From an uncultured virus (IMG/VR IMGVR_UViG_3300037420_001897) (taxonomy: Duplodnaviria; Heunggongvirae; Uroviricota; Caudoviricetes): a DNA stretch of 64,000 bases. The DNA is taken from IMG/VR virus record IMGVR_UViG_3300037420_001897; one strand, given 5' to 3'. The notes under the pieces were generated by a model, which worked only from the letters and a program-made list of their open reading frames with translations, was not told where the DNA came from and ran no database searches. Each line of letters begins with the position of its first letter. The first letter of the stretch is position 1. The position numbers and the translations under genes were made by a program. Shown in pieces: positions 46,886 through 55,882 of this stretch.

Positions 46886-47589
46886 CAGGCGACCCGGTCC
46901 CAGGCGGTCAGGCCGCGGATCGGCTCGCGCTGGCCTGAGCCCTTGATCTGCGCCTTCACCGCGGCGCGCCGGAGCTCGTTCTCGACGCTCTTGCGGGCCA
47001 GGGTGGTGGTCGAGGCGTCCGGCACCACCTCGCGGGGGTAGCGGATCAGCACCTCCTTCAGCGGCGCGATCTTGCGTGCGTTCTGGCGCAGCTGCTTGGC
47101 GAAGATGCCGTCGGTCCCATAGACGCCGCGGTAGCGCTCGTCATAGCCGCCGACCCGGTCGTACATGGCCCGAGTCAGCAGCCAGCTGTTGGGGTGCGGC
47201 TTGTACGGCGCCATGTCCGGCGCCGAGACGCGGGCGAAGGTGTAGACCACCTTCGGGTCGAGCAGCCCCTCGATGGCGCGGCGCCACAGCTTGCCGGTGG
47301 GGACGTGGTCCATGTCGGTCAAGAGGACCCAATCGGTCGGCGCCTCGGCCACGGCCAGGTTGCGGCAGGCGTCCTGGTTCCACGGGATGTCCTCGCGCAT
47401 GCGGTAGAGCCGCATGTCGCACGGCCGCTCCGCCGGCAGCGCGGCGGGCGCGGTCGGGCTTCCGTCGTCCACCACGATGACCGTGATCCGCTCCCGCAGC
47501 TCCTGCGGCAGCTTGGCGATCGCCGCCACCTGGACGGCGAGCATGCCTCGGTTCTCGTAGTAGGCCAGGCCCAGAGTGATCGGCCTCAC
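46885..47589 (-). CDS. Glycosyltransferase (GT2/GT7-like)
   Basis: VIVVDDGS, CRNLA, LLTDMDH, VGGYDERYRG.YGTD. Confidence 0.87.
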   Translation of the reverse strand: MRPITLGLAYYENRGMLAVQVAAIAKLPQELRERITVIVVDDGSPTAPAALPAERPCDMRLYRMREDIPWNQDACRNLAVAEAPTDWVLLTDMDHVPTGKLWRRAIEGLLDPKVVYTFARVSAPDMAPYKPHPNSWLLTRAMYDRVGGYDERYRGVYGTDGIFAKQLRQNARKIAPLKEVLIRYPREVVPDASTTTLARKSVENELRRAAVKAQIKGSGQREPIRGLTAWDRVA

Positions 47590-48152
47590 AGGCGCACCCG
47601 CCAGTGCCGGCCCTTGCCCTCGCCCAGGACCTCGATCCGCTCAGCGCCGAAGCGTTCCGTCACGGCCCGCTTCACGCCCTCCCAGTTCCAGTCGTCGCCC
47701 GCGATGACGCCGCCGCTGCGGACCTTCGGCAGCCAGGCGTCGAGGTCGGCGCTGACGTCCTCGTAGGCGTGGCCGGCGTCCAGCAAGACCAGGTCGAGCG
47801 TGCCCTCGTCGAACGCCCGGCTCGCCATGACGCTGGGGGCGCGCAGCGGCCGGATGTAGTCGGCCACCGGCCTGATGTTTCGGAGGAACGCCTCGTAGAG
47901 CCGGCCGGCGCGCACGTCGGGGTCGGCGTGGTGCGCCGGCTCGTCGCTGCCGCGCCAGTGGTCGACGCAGTAGAACTCGATCGCCTTCTTGGAATTGGCG
48001 ATCTCCACGCCCATGAAGGCGGCCGACTTGCCCTTCCACGACCCCACCTCGACGAAGGTGGCGCCGGCCTTGGGCGCCTCGCGCACCGCGTCGCGATAGA
48101 CGCCGGCGAAGGCGAACCAGCCAGGGACGCGCTGATAGAAGTGGGCGATCAA
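47586..48152 (-). CDS. Class I SAM-dependent methyltransferase (Methyltransf_24-like)
   Basis: TTGA-coupled; FVEVGSWKGKS, CVDHW, LLDAGHAYE.V..D...W..KVRSGGVIAGDD. Confidence 0.87.
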   Translation of the reverse strand: MIAHFYQRVPGWFAFAGVYRDAVREAPKAGATFVEVGSWKGKSAAFMGVEIANSKKAIEFYCVDHWRGSDEPAHHADPDVRAGRLYEAFLRNIRPVADYIRPLRAPSVMASRAFDEGTLDLVLLDAGHAYEDVSADLDAWLPKVRSGGVIAGDDWNWEGVKRAVTERFGAERIEVLGEGKGRHWRVRL

Positions 48153-48760
48153 ACGAGCACCTTCTCGGGCTTCACCTTCGTAAAGGCAGGGATGCGGCTC
48201 TTGGGCGAGGCGTTCAGCACCTCGATGCCGGCCGCGGCGAACGATCGGGCCATGGCGTCGAACTGGCCGGCCCAGGCGCGGTACTTGCCCTCCGTCGTCG
48301 CCCCCTTCGGGCTCCACGGATAGGGCTCGTGCCAGTACGTGCGGCCCGTGCTGGGGCAGCGGCCCATGTCGAAGCCCCAGAGGATGACCCGGTCCGGCTC
48401 CAGCACCCGGGCGCGGTTCAGCGCCACCAGGCCGGAGTTGGTCCCGTTCAGCATCCCCTTGATCCCCGACGGCTCGACCGACTGCCAGTCGCAGAGATAG
48501 AGCTGCAGCCAGGGCGGCCGCGCCTTGATGTTCGGCAGGCAGGCGGCGCGCAGGAACGTCGGCTTGCCCAGGCGGCACAGGTCGCCCCAGCGGTACTCCG
48601 TCCAAAGCCGGTCCATCGACACGATCTCGTCGACGCGGGGCAGCCTGACGCCGCTGTCGTTCACCGCGATGACGTAGCCGGGCAGCCGGTGCAGCTGGTC
48701 GGCGATCGCGCCCAGGCTCCAGCCGCCGGCCACGACGCTGATCGTCTCAGGCCCGGACAT
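48149..48760 (-). CDS. Maf/GT42-like (sialyltransferase-fold, DUF115/MptE-like) transferase
   Basis: VVAGGWSL, VIAVND, NSGLVAL..A, VILWGFDM, IEVLNASPKS. Confidence 0.7.
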   Translation of the reverse strand: MSGPETISVVAGGWSLGAIADQLHRLPGYVIAVNDSGVRLPRVDEIVSMDRLWTEYRWGDLCRLGKPTFLRAACLPNIKARPPWLQLYLCDWQSVEPSGIKGMLNGTNSGLVALNRARVLEPDRVILWGFDMGRCPSTGRTYWHEPYPWSPKGATTEGKYRAWAGQFDAMARSFAAAGIEVLNASPKSRIPAFTKVKPEKVLV

Positions 48761-49379
48761 AGATCCCGTCCTTGCGGACCCGCGCCGCCTCCCGGTAGCC
48801 CAGGCCGGCGAGGTGGCGCCGGATCGCGGCGGCGGAGCGGTCCAGCTCCTCGACCTGGATCACCGGCGCGCAGCGCGCGATGGTATCCGCCGCGCCGCGC
48901 AGCACCTCCACCTCGTAGCCCTCAACATCGAGGATGATGGCGTCGCAGTCGGCCAGCGCCAGGCTGTCGATGGTGATCAGGTCGCAGCTGAGCGGCCCCT
49001 CTGGGTCGATGCGCCACGAGCCGGCCGTTGACGTCGGCTGGAGCGGCGCTGAGCCCATCGCAGCGCCCAGGCCTACGCCGTAGACCGAGACGTTGGCCGC
49101 CTTGGCGCAATTGCGGCGGCACGCCTCGAGCATCCCCGGCATCACCTCGAACGTGATGACCCGGGCGAAGCTCTTGGCCAGGGCCAGCGGCCACAGCCCG
49201 ACATAGCCACCGGCCTGGACGCAGGTCCGGCGCTTGCGGCACAGCCTCACCGCCGCAGCGCTGTCGCCGGCCCGCTTCTCGACGAAAGCCCAGGCCTTGA
49301 CCGGGTCGCGATCGGCCACGGGCCACCACATCTTGGCCTGGTCGTGCCAGAACACCTCGGCCGAGGGCGCCTCGCTCAC
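48747..49379 (-). CDS. FkbM-family methyltransferase
   Basis: CVQAGGYVGLW, VITFE, ITIDSL, IILDVEGYEVEVLRGA, PVIQVE. Confidence 0.88.
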   Translation of the reverse strand: MSEAPSAEVFWHDQAKMWWPVADRDPVKAWAFVEKRAGDSAAAVRLCRKRRTCVQAGGYVGLWPLALAKSFARVITFEVMPGMLEACRRNCAKAANVSVYGVGLGAAMGSAPLQPTSTAGSWRIDPEGPLSCDLITIDSLALADCDAIILDVEGYEVEVLRGAADTIARCAPVIQVEELDRSAAAIRRHLAGLGYREAARVRKDGIYVRA

Positions 49380-50170
49380 GCGCTGTAGCCCTTCACTCTC
49401 ACCCCGGCGTAGGACCGGATGCGGGGGTAGTAGGGCTCGCCCTGCGGCTCGTAGCGCCCGACGGTGTAGCCCGCCGCAGCCGCCTCGCGCAGCAGCTGGT
49501 CGAACAGCGCCACGAGCTCGAGCCGCCAGTGCGGGAAACGCTCTCCGTCGTACCAGTGCCGCCGGCCCTGAGCCGCGAGCCGCGCCACGGCGGCGTCGAG
49601 GTGGGGCTGATGGGCGATGGAGCTGTAGTGGATCAGCTTGACGGCCGGGTCGCGTATCTCGGCGCCCTTCAGGTCCACCACGTTCCACCGGCCCTGGATC
49701 TGGCCGTAGAGCGCGGGGTTGGCCGACAGCCGCTCGTTGTAGGTCTTGCCGTCCGCGGTCGCCTTCAGCCGGCTGAGGGGCGGCAGCCAGGCGGCGGCTG
49801 CGGCGCAGTCCAGCACCATGACGCAGGTCCGCTGCTTCCTGCCCTCGCCCGTCACCAGCGCCACCGCGCCGCGCGGCACGTCCTGGCGCCACAGCTCGGC
49901 TATGTCGCCCGTCACGATCATGTCGCTGTCGAGGTAGATCGCCTTGCCGCGGCCGTTGCAGAGGGCGGGCACGGCCCAGCGCAGGCCGCTGAAGGGTGTG
50001 GACCAGCGCCGCGTGTCCCAACCGCCGCAGACGTCGGCCGCGTCGCGCCGCGCCGTCAACCAGGTGATCTCCACCGGCTCCGAGGCATGGGCCCGGATGG
50101 AGTATTCCAACACAGCGCAGCTCTCGGCGTCTTGACCGTCGCTGCAGCCGACGAAGACCCTCACCGTCAT
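49376..50170 (-). CDS. Glycosyltransferase (GT8-like)
   Basis: RVFVG, STPFSGLRWAVPALC, AIYLDSDMIVTGDIAELW, WN, KLIHYS. Confidence 0.87.
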   Translation of the reverse strand: MTVRVFVGCSDGQDAESCAVLEYSIRAHASEPVEITWLTARRDAADVCGGWDTRRWSTPFSGLRWAVPALCNGRGKAIYLDSDMIVTGDIAELWRQDVPRGAVALVTGEGRKQRTCVMVLDCAAAAAWLPPLSRLKATADGKTYNERLSANPALYGQIQGRWNVVDLKGAEIRDPAVKLIHYSSIAHQPHLDAAVARLAAQGRRHWYDGERFPHWRLELVALFDQLLREAAAAGYTVGRYEPQGEPYYPRIRSYAGVRVKGYSA

Positions 50171-50772
50171 GCGGCGACGGCGACCTTTAGAGGCTCGCAC
50201 CGGTCCCGCAGGTAAGCCGCAGCGCGTTCGGCGACTTCGGGCCGCTCGTCGAACATGGCGATACCGGTGTTGCACTTCCGACAGAGTAGGCCGCGCACCA
50301 CGCCGGTCTCGTGGCAGTGGTCGACCGCCGGTGGTCGATCTTCCATGAAGACAACCTCGCAGACCAGGCACCTCCCGTCCTGATCGGCGAGCATTGCGAA
50401 GAACTGATCCTCTGTGATCCCATAGCGTCGACGAAGGGTGGAACGTCGGGCATAGGTCCTGAACTTGTCGGGATTGGCTGCCCGATAGGCGCGAGCGCGA
50501 TCCATCTCCGACTCCCTGTTGGCGCGGTACTTCGCCCGGCTTCTGTCGCGGTACTTGTCGGGGTCGGTCTTGTAGCTGGAGCGCTCTCGCTCGTTGATCT
50601 TCTCGCGATTTGCCGCGGTCCATTCGCGGTTGGTCTCTGCAACGCGCTCGCGGTTGCGCACCTTCCAATCTCGAATACCGGCGGCGACCTTCTCCCGGTT
50701 GGCCTCGCGGTAGGCTTTTGCCCTCGCCTTGCGTCGCGCGATGCGCTCCTCGTCAGGGAGTTTCTTAGTCAC
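50167..50772 (-). CDS. Endonuclease VII-family (His-Me) homing endonuclease
   Basis: RRYGIT...QDGRCLVC...VDHCHETGVVRGLLCRKCNTGI. Confidence 0.9.
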   Translation of the reverse strand: MTKKLPDEERIARRKARAKAYREANREKVAAGIRDWKVRNRERVAETNREWTAANREKINERERSSYKTDPDKYRDRSRAKYRANRESEMDRARAYRAANPDKFRTYARRSTLRRRYGITEDQFFAMLADQDGRCLVCEVVFMEDRPPAVDHCHETGVVRGLLCRKCNTGIAMFDERPEVAERAAAYLRDRCEPLKVAVAA

Positions 50773-51943
50773 GGGTCATCCACAGCTTTACGTCGTGGCC
50801 GATTTTAACTTCCCTGCGAACTACGGTGAAGCCGCGATTGCTTACAGCTTCTTCCCACCACTCCGCCGGTTTTACGATCAAATGTGCGTTCCGCTTATCC
50901 GGCAGCACTTTATTCGCCGCCCGGGTCGCGATCAGCAGGAACACCGCCTTCTTGGCCAGGCCGAAGATGTGGTCGACCACGGCGCCGAGCTTCTCCGGCT
51001 CGATGTGCTCCAGCACATCGGTGGACACCACCAGGTCGGCCGGCTTCGGCAGCAGGGCCTTGCCCTTGATGGCGGGGTCGTACTCGTGGATCGAGCCGCG
51101 GTAGCCGGCCGCGACCATCGCCGTCTTCAGCGTCCCCTGGCCGCAGCCGTAGTCGAGGATCCAGTCCGGCTTCACCTCCGCCGCGAAGTCCATGACGGTC
51201 TGGGCCGACTTCTTGCCCGAGCCGCCGTAGCCCTCGGGCCGGGCGTGCAGCTGGCGGTTCTGCTCGACGTAGCCGGGCGAGATCAGGTCGTCGCGATCCA
51301 CGGCGTATTGCCCCTCGTGCGGCAGGAAGTGACCCAGGTGGCCCACGTCGAGCGCCCAGACGCCGCGCCTGGCGAGGCGCGCCGCCAGGACCGTGGCGGT
51401 GGCGCCCAGAGCCAGGAAGACCGGCCCGGCGGGCTTGCCGATCTCCTCGGCGATGGTGTCGATGTCCCGATAGGCCCCGACAGGGGCGCATTTCACCAGG
51501 CGCACCGACGCCGCTTCGGGCATGGGAAGCGCCTTCAGGCCGTGGCTGGCCAGGACCACGTCGCGGTCGCGCCACAGGCTGCGGACCATGGCCCAGTAGT
51601 CGGGCCGGTCGATGGCGTTGACCATGTCGGGCCGGCTGACGAAGGCCGAGCCGTACTGCGGCTGGCTGTAGTACTTCGCGAACTTTGGCGCCTCGAACGC
51701 GCGCCAGAAGGGCTCGTTGGGCATGCCCTTGTGGTTGCGCGGCAGGCAGGCCAGCGCCGGGCCGGGCTGCGTCAGCACCGCCTTGATCTCGGCGGCGAGC
51801 CGGGGGTGGAACACCTGGCTCTTCAGGTTCCGCCCCGAGATCGCCAGCTTCAGCTCGCCTTCGCCGACGCGGGCGAGGGAGCGGCCGGACGCGGCGATGG
51901 CCAGCGTCTCGGTCTCGCCGAGGATCTCGGGGCGGCTCTGCAT
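50765..51943 (-). CDS. GT-D fold (DUF1792-like) glycosyltransferase fused to class I SAM methyltransferase
   Basis: N-half SLARVGEGE...SAFVSRPD...LALGATATVLA...ALDVGH; C-half ILDYGCGQG, YDPAI, STDVLEHIE. Confidence 0.8.
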   Translation of the reverse strand: MQSRPEILGETETLAIAASGRSLARVGEGELKLAISGRNLKSQVFHPRLAAEIKAVLTQPGPALACLPRNHKGMPNEPFWRAFEAPKFAKYYSQPQYGSAFVSRPDMVNAIDRPDYWAMVRSLWRDRDVVLASHGLKALPMPEAASVRLVKCAPVGAYRDIDTIAEEIGKPAGPVFLALGATATVLAARLARRGVWALDVGHLGHFLPHEGQYAVDRDDLISPGYVEQNRQLHARPEGYGGSGKKSAQTVMDFAAEVKPDWILDYGCGQGTLKTAMVAAGYRGSIHEYDPAIKGKALLPKPADLVVSTDVLEHIEPEKLGAVVDHIFGLAKKAVFLLIATRAANKVLPDKRNAHLIVKPAEWWEEAVSNRGFTVVRREVKIGHDVKLWMTRD

Positions 51944-51954
51944 CTCGACTGGGA

Positions 51955-52602
51955 CTAAGCCTGGTCGCCCGTCTCGCCCTCGGCGTTGCCGGCGGCGTCG
52001 CCCTCGGCGGGCGCGCCTTCGGCCTCGGTCGGGCCTTCGGCGTCCGCCACCGGCGGGAGGGTCTCGCTGTCAGTCGTGGCGCCGGACGCCTGGTCGCCGG
52101 CATCAGCCCCGTCCGGCCGCGTCTCGTCCGATCCAGGCACGTCCGCTGTCGCCTTGCGGCGCTCCAGCTCGGCGATGATGGCGGCCTTGGCCTGGGCCTT
52201 GTTGATGATCGGGGTGTCGCTGACCATCGCCGCCAGGGCGCGCAGCGACAGGTCCTCGTCCGGCTTCGGCGTCCAGGGAAGGTCTTCCCAGGCCTCCGGG
52301 ATGAAGACGCTGCCGCGGGTGTCCTCGGGCAGGCCAGTGAAGTGGGCCGGCGCGGCGGCGGCGGCCTGGCGCTTCGGCGCGGCGGCCATGGTGACGCCAG
52401 CGGCGTCCACGACCTCGACCTTCACGCCCTGCGCCTCGTAGTCGGCGCGGATCTTCTGGCCGTTGGGGCACGACTGGCCCACGAGGTAGACCTTGCTGAT
52501 GTTCGACCGCGGCGTGGAGTAGAAGCGCGGGTTGGCGTAGGCGCGGCCCTCTACGAAGCCGTTCCGCTGGGTCGAGTAGACAAGCTCGATCGGTCGAGAC
52601 AT
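51955..52602 (-). CDS. Conserved capsid-adjacent protein with acidic tail
   Basis: ELVYSTQ..GF...YANPRFY...YEAQGVKV; IPEAWEDLPW...LRALAA (HeH/LEM-like). Confidence 0.7.
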   Translation of the reverse strand: MSRPIELVYSTQRNGFVEGRAYANPRFYSTPRSNISKVYLVGQSCPNGQKIRADYEAQGVKVEVVDAAGVTMAAAPKRQAAAAAPAHFTGLPEDTRGSVFIPEAWEDLPWTPKPDEDLSLRALAAMVSDTPIINKAQAKAAIIAELERRKATADVPGSDETRPDGADAGDQASGATTDSETLPPVADAEGPTEAEGAPAEGDAAGNAEGETGDQA

Positions 52603-52673
52603 TCAGCAGTTCCTTGAAGTGGAGCCGGGGCGGCGTGTGGCGCGCCCCGGCCCGCAGTGGTTTCCGTCGGCGA

Positions 52674-53666
52674 CTATTCGTCGACGGTGGCGTCGCCGAT
52701 CGCGAGCACGCCTGCCGTGTGTTTCACGGAGGTCGCGACCTGGTCCCAGTTGGAACCGGTGGCAAGCTCGGCGTCGGTGGGAGACTTGCCGCCCGAGGTG
52801 GTGTCCCAGGCGTAGCCCTTCAGGCCCAGCGTGAAGCTGTAGTCGGCCTGGAAGGTGGTCTCGATCCGCTCCTTGCCGTTCTTCGTATCGATGTTGGTGA
52901 TCACGTCACCGCCATCGGAGATCACGACGCCGGAGTCGGTGAGGCCGAGGACCTTCTCCATGTCGTTGCCGGGGGAGTTGTCCTCGTAGAGCGCCGGCGC
53001 ATCGGTCACGACCACGATGCGGCCGAGGATGTCGATGACGCGGACGTTCTGCGCGACGAAGAGCCGTTCGGCGTTCGACAGGTTCTGCCCGATGAGCTTG
53101 TGCATCAGGCCGCCGGTCATCACCTCGGCCACGATGGTGCCGGAGTGGTCGCCGAACTTGGCGTGGCTCTTGTTGATGGTCTTGTAGTTGATGCCGCCGG
53201 GCGGGCTCACCGCCGTCGAGGCGTCGTAGACGGCGTCGGTGTTGTTCTCGATCGCCGCAACCGCCGCCATGATGCCGGTGTTGAGCTGGTCGGCCAGGAG
53301 CGCCTCGGCGAAGTTGCGCGAGATCACCTCGATGGCCTCGGCCGGGCTCTTTTCCAGCCAGGTGAGCTGCGAGGGCTCGAACAGCACGGGGCCGAAGCCG
53401 CCGGCGATCTTCACCCGCGTTTCCTTGTTCTGGCTGAGGTCGGTGGTCGCCACGGCGCTGTTGGAGCCGTAGCGGTCGACGCGGCGGCGCGCCGAGTGCA
53501 GGCCGGCGTAGAACGACTCATGGAAGAAGTCGCCGTCGTAGCCAGCCGTGGTCAGGCGGATCGCGCCGCCCGAGGCTTCGTTGAACTTGTCCACCATCTG
53601 GTCCAGCGTTTCGATGGTGGCGGGCATCACGTAGTCGTTGAAGACCTGCATCAGGTCGAGGCCCAT
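52674..53666 (-). CDS. Major capsid protein
   Basis: 330 aa after the scaffold, strong RBS AAGGAG; FNEASGGAIRL, LKGYAWD...KSPTDAELATGSNW...KHTAGV. Confidence 0.9.
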   Translation of the reverse strand: MGLDLMQVFNDYVMPATIETLDQMVDKFNEASGGAIRLTTAGYDGDFFHESFYAGLHSARRRVDRYGSNSAVATTDLSQNKETRVKIAGGFGPVLFEPSQLTWLEKSPAEAIEVISRNFAEALLADQLNTGIMAAVAAIENNTDAVYDASTAVSPPGGINYKTINKSHAKFGDHSGTIVAEVMTGGLMHKLIGQNLSNAERLFVAQNVRVIDILGRIVVVTDAPALYEDNSPGNDMEKVLGLTDSGVVISDGGDVITNIDTKNGKERIETTFQADYSFTLGLKGYAWDTTSGGKSPTDAELATGSNWDQVATSVKHTAGVLAIGDATVDE

Positions 53667-53762
53667 GGTCTTACTCCTTGGGTTGCTTGGGGTTCTCTAG
53701 GAGCCCGGCGTGACGCGCCGCCGGGACGCTGGATCTCGTTCGAGAACCCAGCTTTGGGTGGC

Positions 53763-54581
53763 CTAGGCCTGGCCCAAATTCGCAGGGATACGGGACTTGA
53801 TCGCCGCGACGCGCTCTTCCCGTGACCCGCCCATGTTGCCTTTGCCGGGTTGGCCGAAGCCCGGCTTGCTCTTGTCGCCGTGGTCGGCGCCGCCGCCCGA
53901 GTGGCCGTCGCCCTTCAGGATGTTCGCCTTGTCCGGGTGTTGATCGATCAGCAGCTCGATCGCCTCGTCGAAGTCGGCCAGCTCGCCCATCTTCGAGCGC
54001 GAGAAGATCTTCTCGCCGCTGGGGTAGTACCCGACGATCTTGCCTTCCTCGCGCTTGAAGGCGGTCCCGAAGCGGGCCTGCACGAAGTCGGCGGGAATGG
54101 CCGACTTTTCCGCGATGAACTTGGACCGCCCGAACGAGCCGCCGATCACCTCGTTGTCGAGCGTCGCGTTCAGCCCCGTGACCTGGCCTTCCAGCTCGGC
54201 GATGCGCGTCTGCGACTTCTTCGCCGCGTCCGCCATCTGGGCCTCGGCGGCGTCCCGCGCCGCCTTCTTGATCTCCTCGACCTTGCCGGCCTCGAGCAGC
54301 TTGCCCGCGTCGATGTTGGCCAGGGTTTCCAGGGCCTTCTTCGCCGCCTCGGCGTCCTCGATGCCCTCGAAGCCCTTCAGCTTGGCCTCGGCCTCGGTCA
54401 GCTTGGTGCGCCGCTCGGCGCTCTCGGCATTCAGCGCCGCGATGCGGGCGTTGGCGGCCGGCGCGTCGTGGCCGAACTCCTTGCCGTCGTCGTGGACGTA
54501 GATCGGCAGGCCCTTGTCATCGAGGGCGGCCACGGTCACTTCCTTGCCGTCCACCTGGACGGTGATGGTCTTCAGCTTCAT
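53763..54581 (-). CDS. Capsid scaffolding protein (DUF6651-like)
   Basis: GLPIYVHDDGKE, coiled coil, IGGSFGRSKFI, GELADFDEAIELLI. Confidence 0.85.
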   Translation of the reverse strand: MKLKTITVQVDGKEVTVAALDDKGLPIYVHDDGKEFGHDAPAANARIAALNAESAERRTKLTEAEAKLKGFEGIEDAEAAKKALETLANIDAGKLLEAGKVEEIKKAARDAAEAQMADAAKKSQTRIAELEGQVTGLNATLDNEVIGGSFGRSKFIAEKSAIPADFVQARFGTAFKREEGKIVGYYPSGEKIFSRSKMGELADFDEAIELLIDQHPDKANILKGDGHSGGGADHGDKSKPGFGQPGKGNMGGSREERVAAIKSRIPANLGQA

Positions 54582-54702
54582 GTCGGACCTTCTGGGGCGT
54601 CTCGCCCCGCTCTGTGAGGCGTCACGCCTCGCGCTGGGCCGGCGGCGGGCGTCTCGCCCTACCCCGCACGGCTACCGGCCGGATGGCCGGAACTCGTGAC
54701 CG

Positions 54703-55269
54703 TCAGCTGCCGCCGGCGATCCATTCGGGGCTGGGGGCTCCGAGGAGCGCCTTGGTCCAACCCGACATTGACTTGAGCCGCCCCTGGATCGCGGCCTCGG
54801 CCTGGCGCCAGCCGCGCCGGTGGCCCGCGGCGCCGCCCCAGGAGCGCTTGTCGAAGAAGTGGCGCGCCTCGGCCGTCATGGGCACGCCGCACAGCACGGC
54901 GCGGTCGTGGCCCAGGTCGACCAGGGCGAACTTGGCGGCGAACAGGCCGGAGGATCCCGATTCCGTCTCGCCCGGCAGCATCTGGGGCGACCAGGTCGTG
55001 ACCCCCTCGCCGCCGCGGCGCGTCGAGCTTTTCTTGAAGGCGTCATGGCCGACCACCTGGGCCGGCGCGGGGAAGCCGTTGCGGGCGCGCTGCTGCAGCC
55101 ATACGGGCCACGTCTCCGCGTGCAGCGATACCGCCGCATCGATCGGGCCGGGCCAGAGCGCGGTGACATCGTTGCACGTGACGACGGCCTGATACTCCCC
55201 GAGAGCCAGCGCCGCTTCGACGTCCCTCCAGACGCAGTCCGCGCCGCCCAGGACGAGGGCGGTGGTCAT
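54703..55269 (-). CDS. Second Maf/GT42-like (sialyltransferase-fold) protein
   Basis: ALVLGGA, VVTCND, GSSGLFA..FA, VLCGVPM, SMSGWT; same motif order as 48149-48760. Confidence 0.6.
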   Translation of the reverse strand: MTTALVLGGADCVWRDVEAALALGEYQAVVTCNDVTALWPGPIDAAVSLHAETWPVWLQQRARNGFPAPAQVVGHDAFKKSSTRRGGEGVTTWSPQMLPGETESGSSGLFAAKFALVDLGHDRAVLCGVPMTAEARHFFDKRSWGGAAGHRRGWRQAEAAIQGRLKSMSGWTKALLGAPSPEWIAGGS

Positions 55270-55291
55270 GTTCCCGACCTCGGCAAAATGA

Positions 55292-55882
55292 TCAGGTCTG
55301 GCTGTCGCCGCAGGGGACCAGCTGGCCGTTCCTGAGGTGGCCGTGATAACGCCCCGTCCGGATCGAGCCGCCGCCGGCGTCGCGCGGATCGCCCTTGCGG
55401 ACGTCGAGCGTCCCGTCCTCGGGCCGGCCCGTCCTGGCCCAGCAGTAGTGCGCCTCGTGATCCGGCAGCTTGCAGTTCGAGGCGCGGCTGTCGATGTGCC
55501 AGTGGACGCCATCCGGCAGCACCACGACGAGCTCGCGGCCATCTGGGCCGGCGCGCCACATGCGGTCCGGCGCCATGGCGTAGCACGCGCCTGCGGGCAG
55601 GTTGCCGCCGTCGGGGTTGATCTCGGCGCCGCCGGAGTGACGCCAGATCGTGTCCCAGGCCTGCGACGACATGCGCGCGATCCCGCCGCAGTCGGGGCAG
55701 GGAATGACGGTTCCCCAGTGCCCCTCAGGGCGATCCGCCTCCGCGAACCGTCCCACGCGGACCTTGGCGCGTCGGCCGCAGCCGCAGCTGTAGGTGTTCC
55801 AGACCACGCCCTCGCCGGTGGCCTCCACGAAGAACACCGGGACGGCCTTGCGCGCCGGCTTGGCCTTCGCGGGCTTCGGCAT
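55292..55882 (-). CDS. Cys/His-rich protein (DUF6527-like C-terminus)
   Basis: CGC, CPDC, HYCW, GSI...YHGHLRNG; TGATG-coupled to portal. Confidence 0.65.
   Translation of the reverse strand: MPKPAKAKPARKAVPVFFVEATGEGVVWNTYSCGCGRRAKVRVGRFAEADRPEGHWGTVIPCPDCGGIARMSSQAWDTIWRHSGGAEINPDGGNLPAGACYAMAPDRMWRAGPDGRELVVVLPDGVHWHIDSRASNCKLPDHEAHYCWARTGRPEDGTLDVRKGDPRDAGGGSIRTGRYHGHLRNGQLVPCGDSQT

Noticed and set aside
45965..51943. O-antigen seroconversion (gtrABC-type) or DNA hypermodification cluster
   Set aside because: No membrane GT or flippase, and no hydroxymethylase or nucleotide-modifying genes nearby; the block is coupled within the late structural operon. Disfavoured but not formally excluded.
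52624..52651. Terminator after the major capsid gene
   Set aside because: A GC hairpin is present but lacks a convincing U-tract; it may only stabilise the mRNA.
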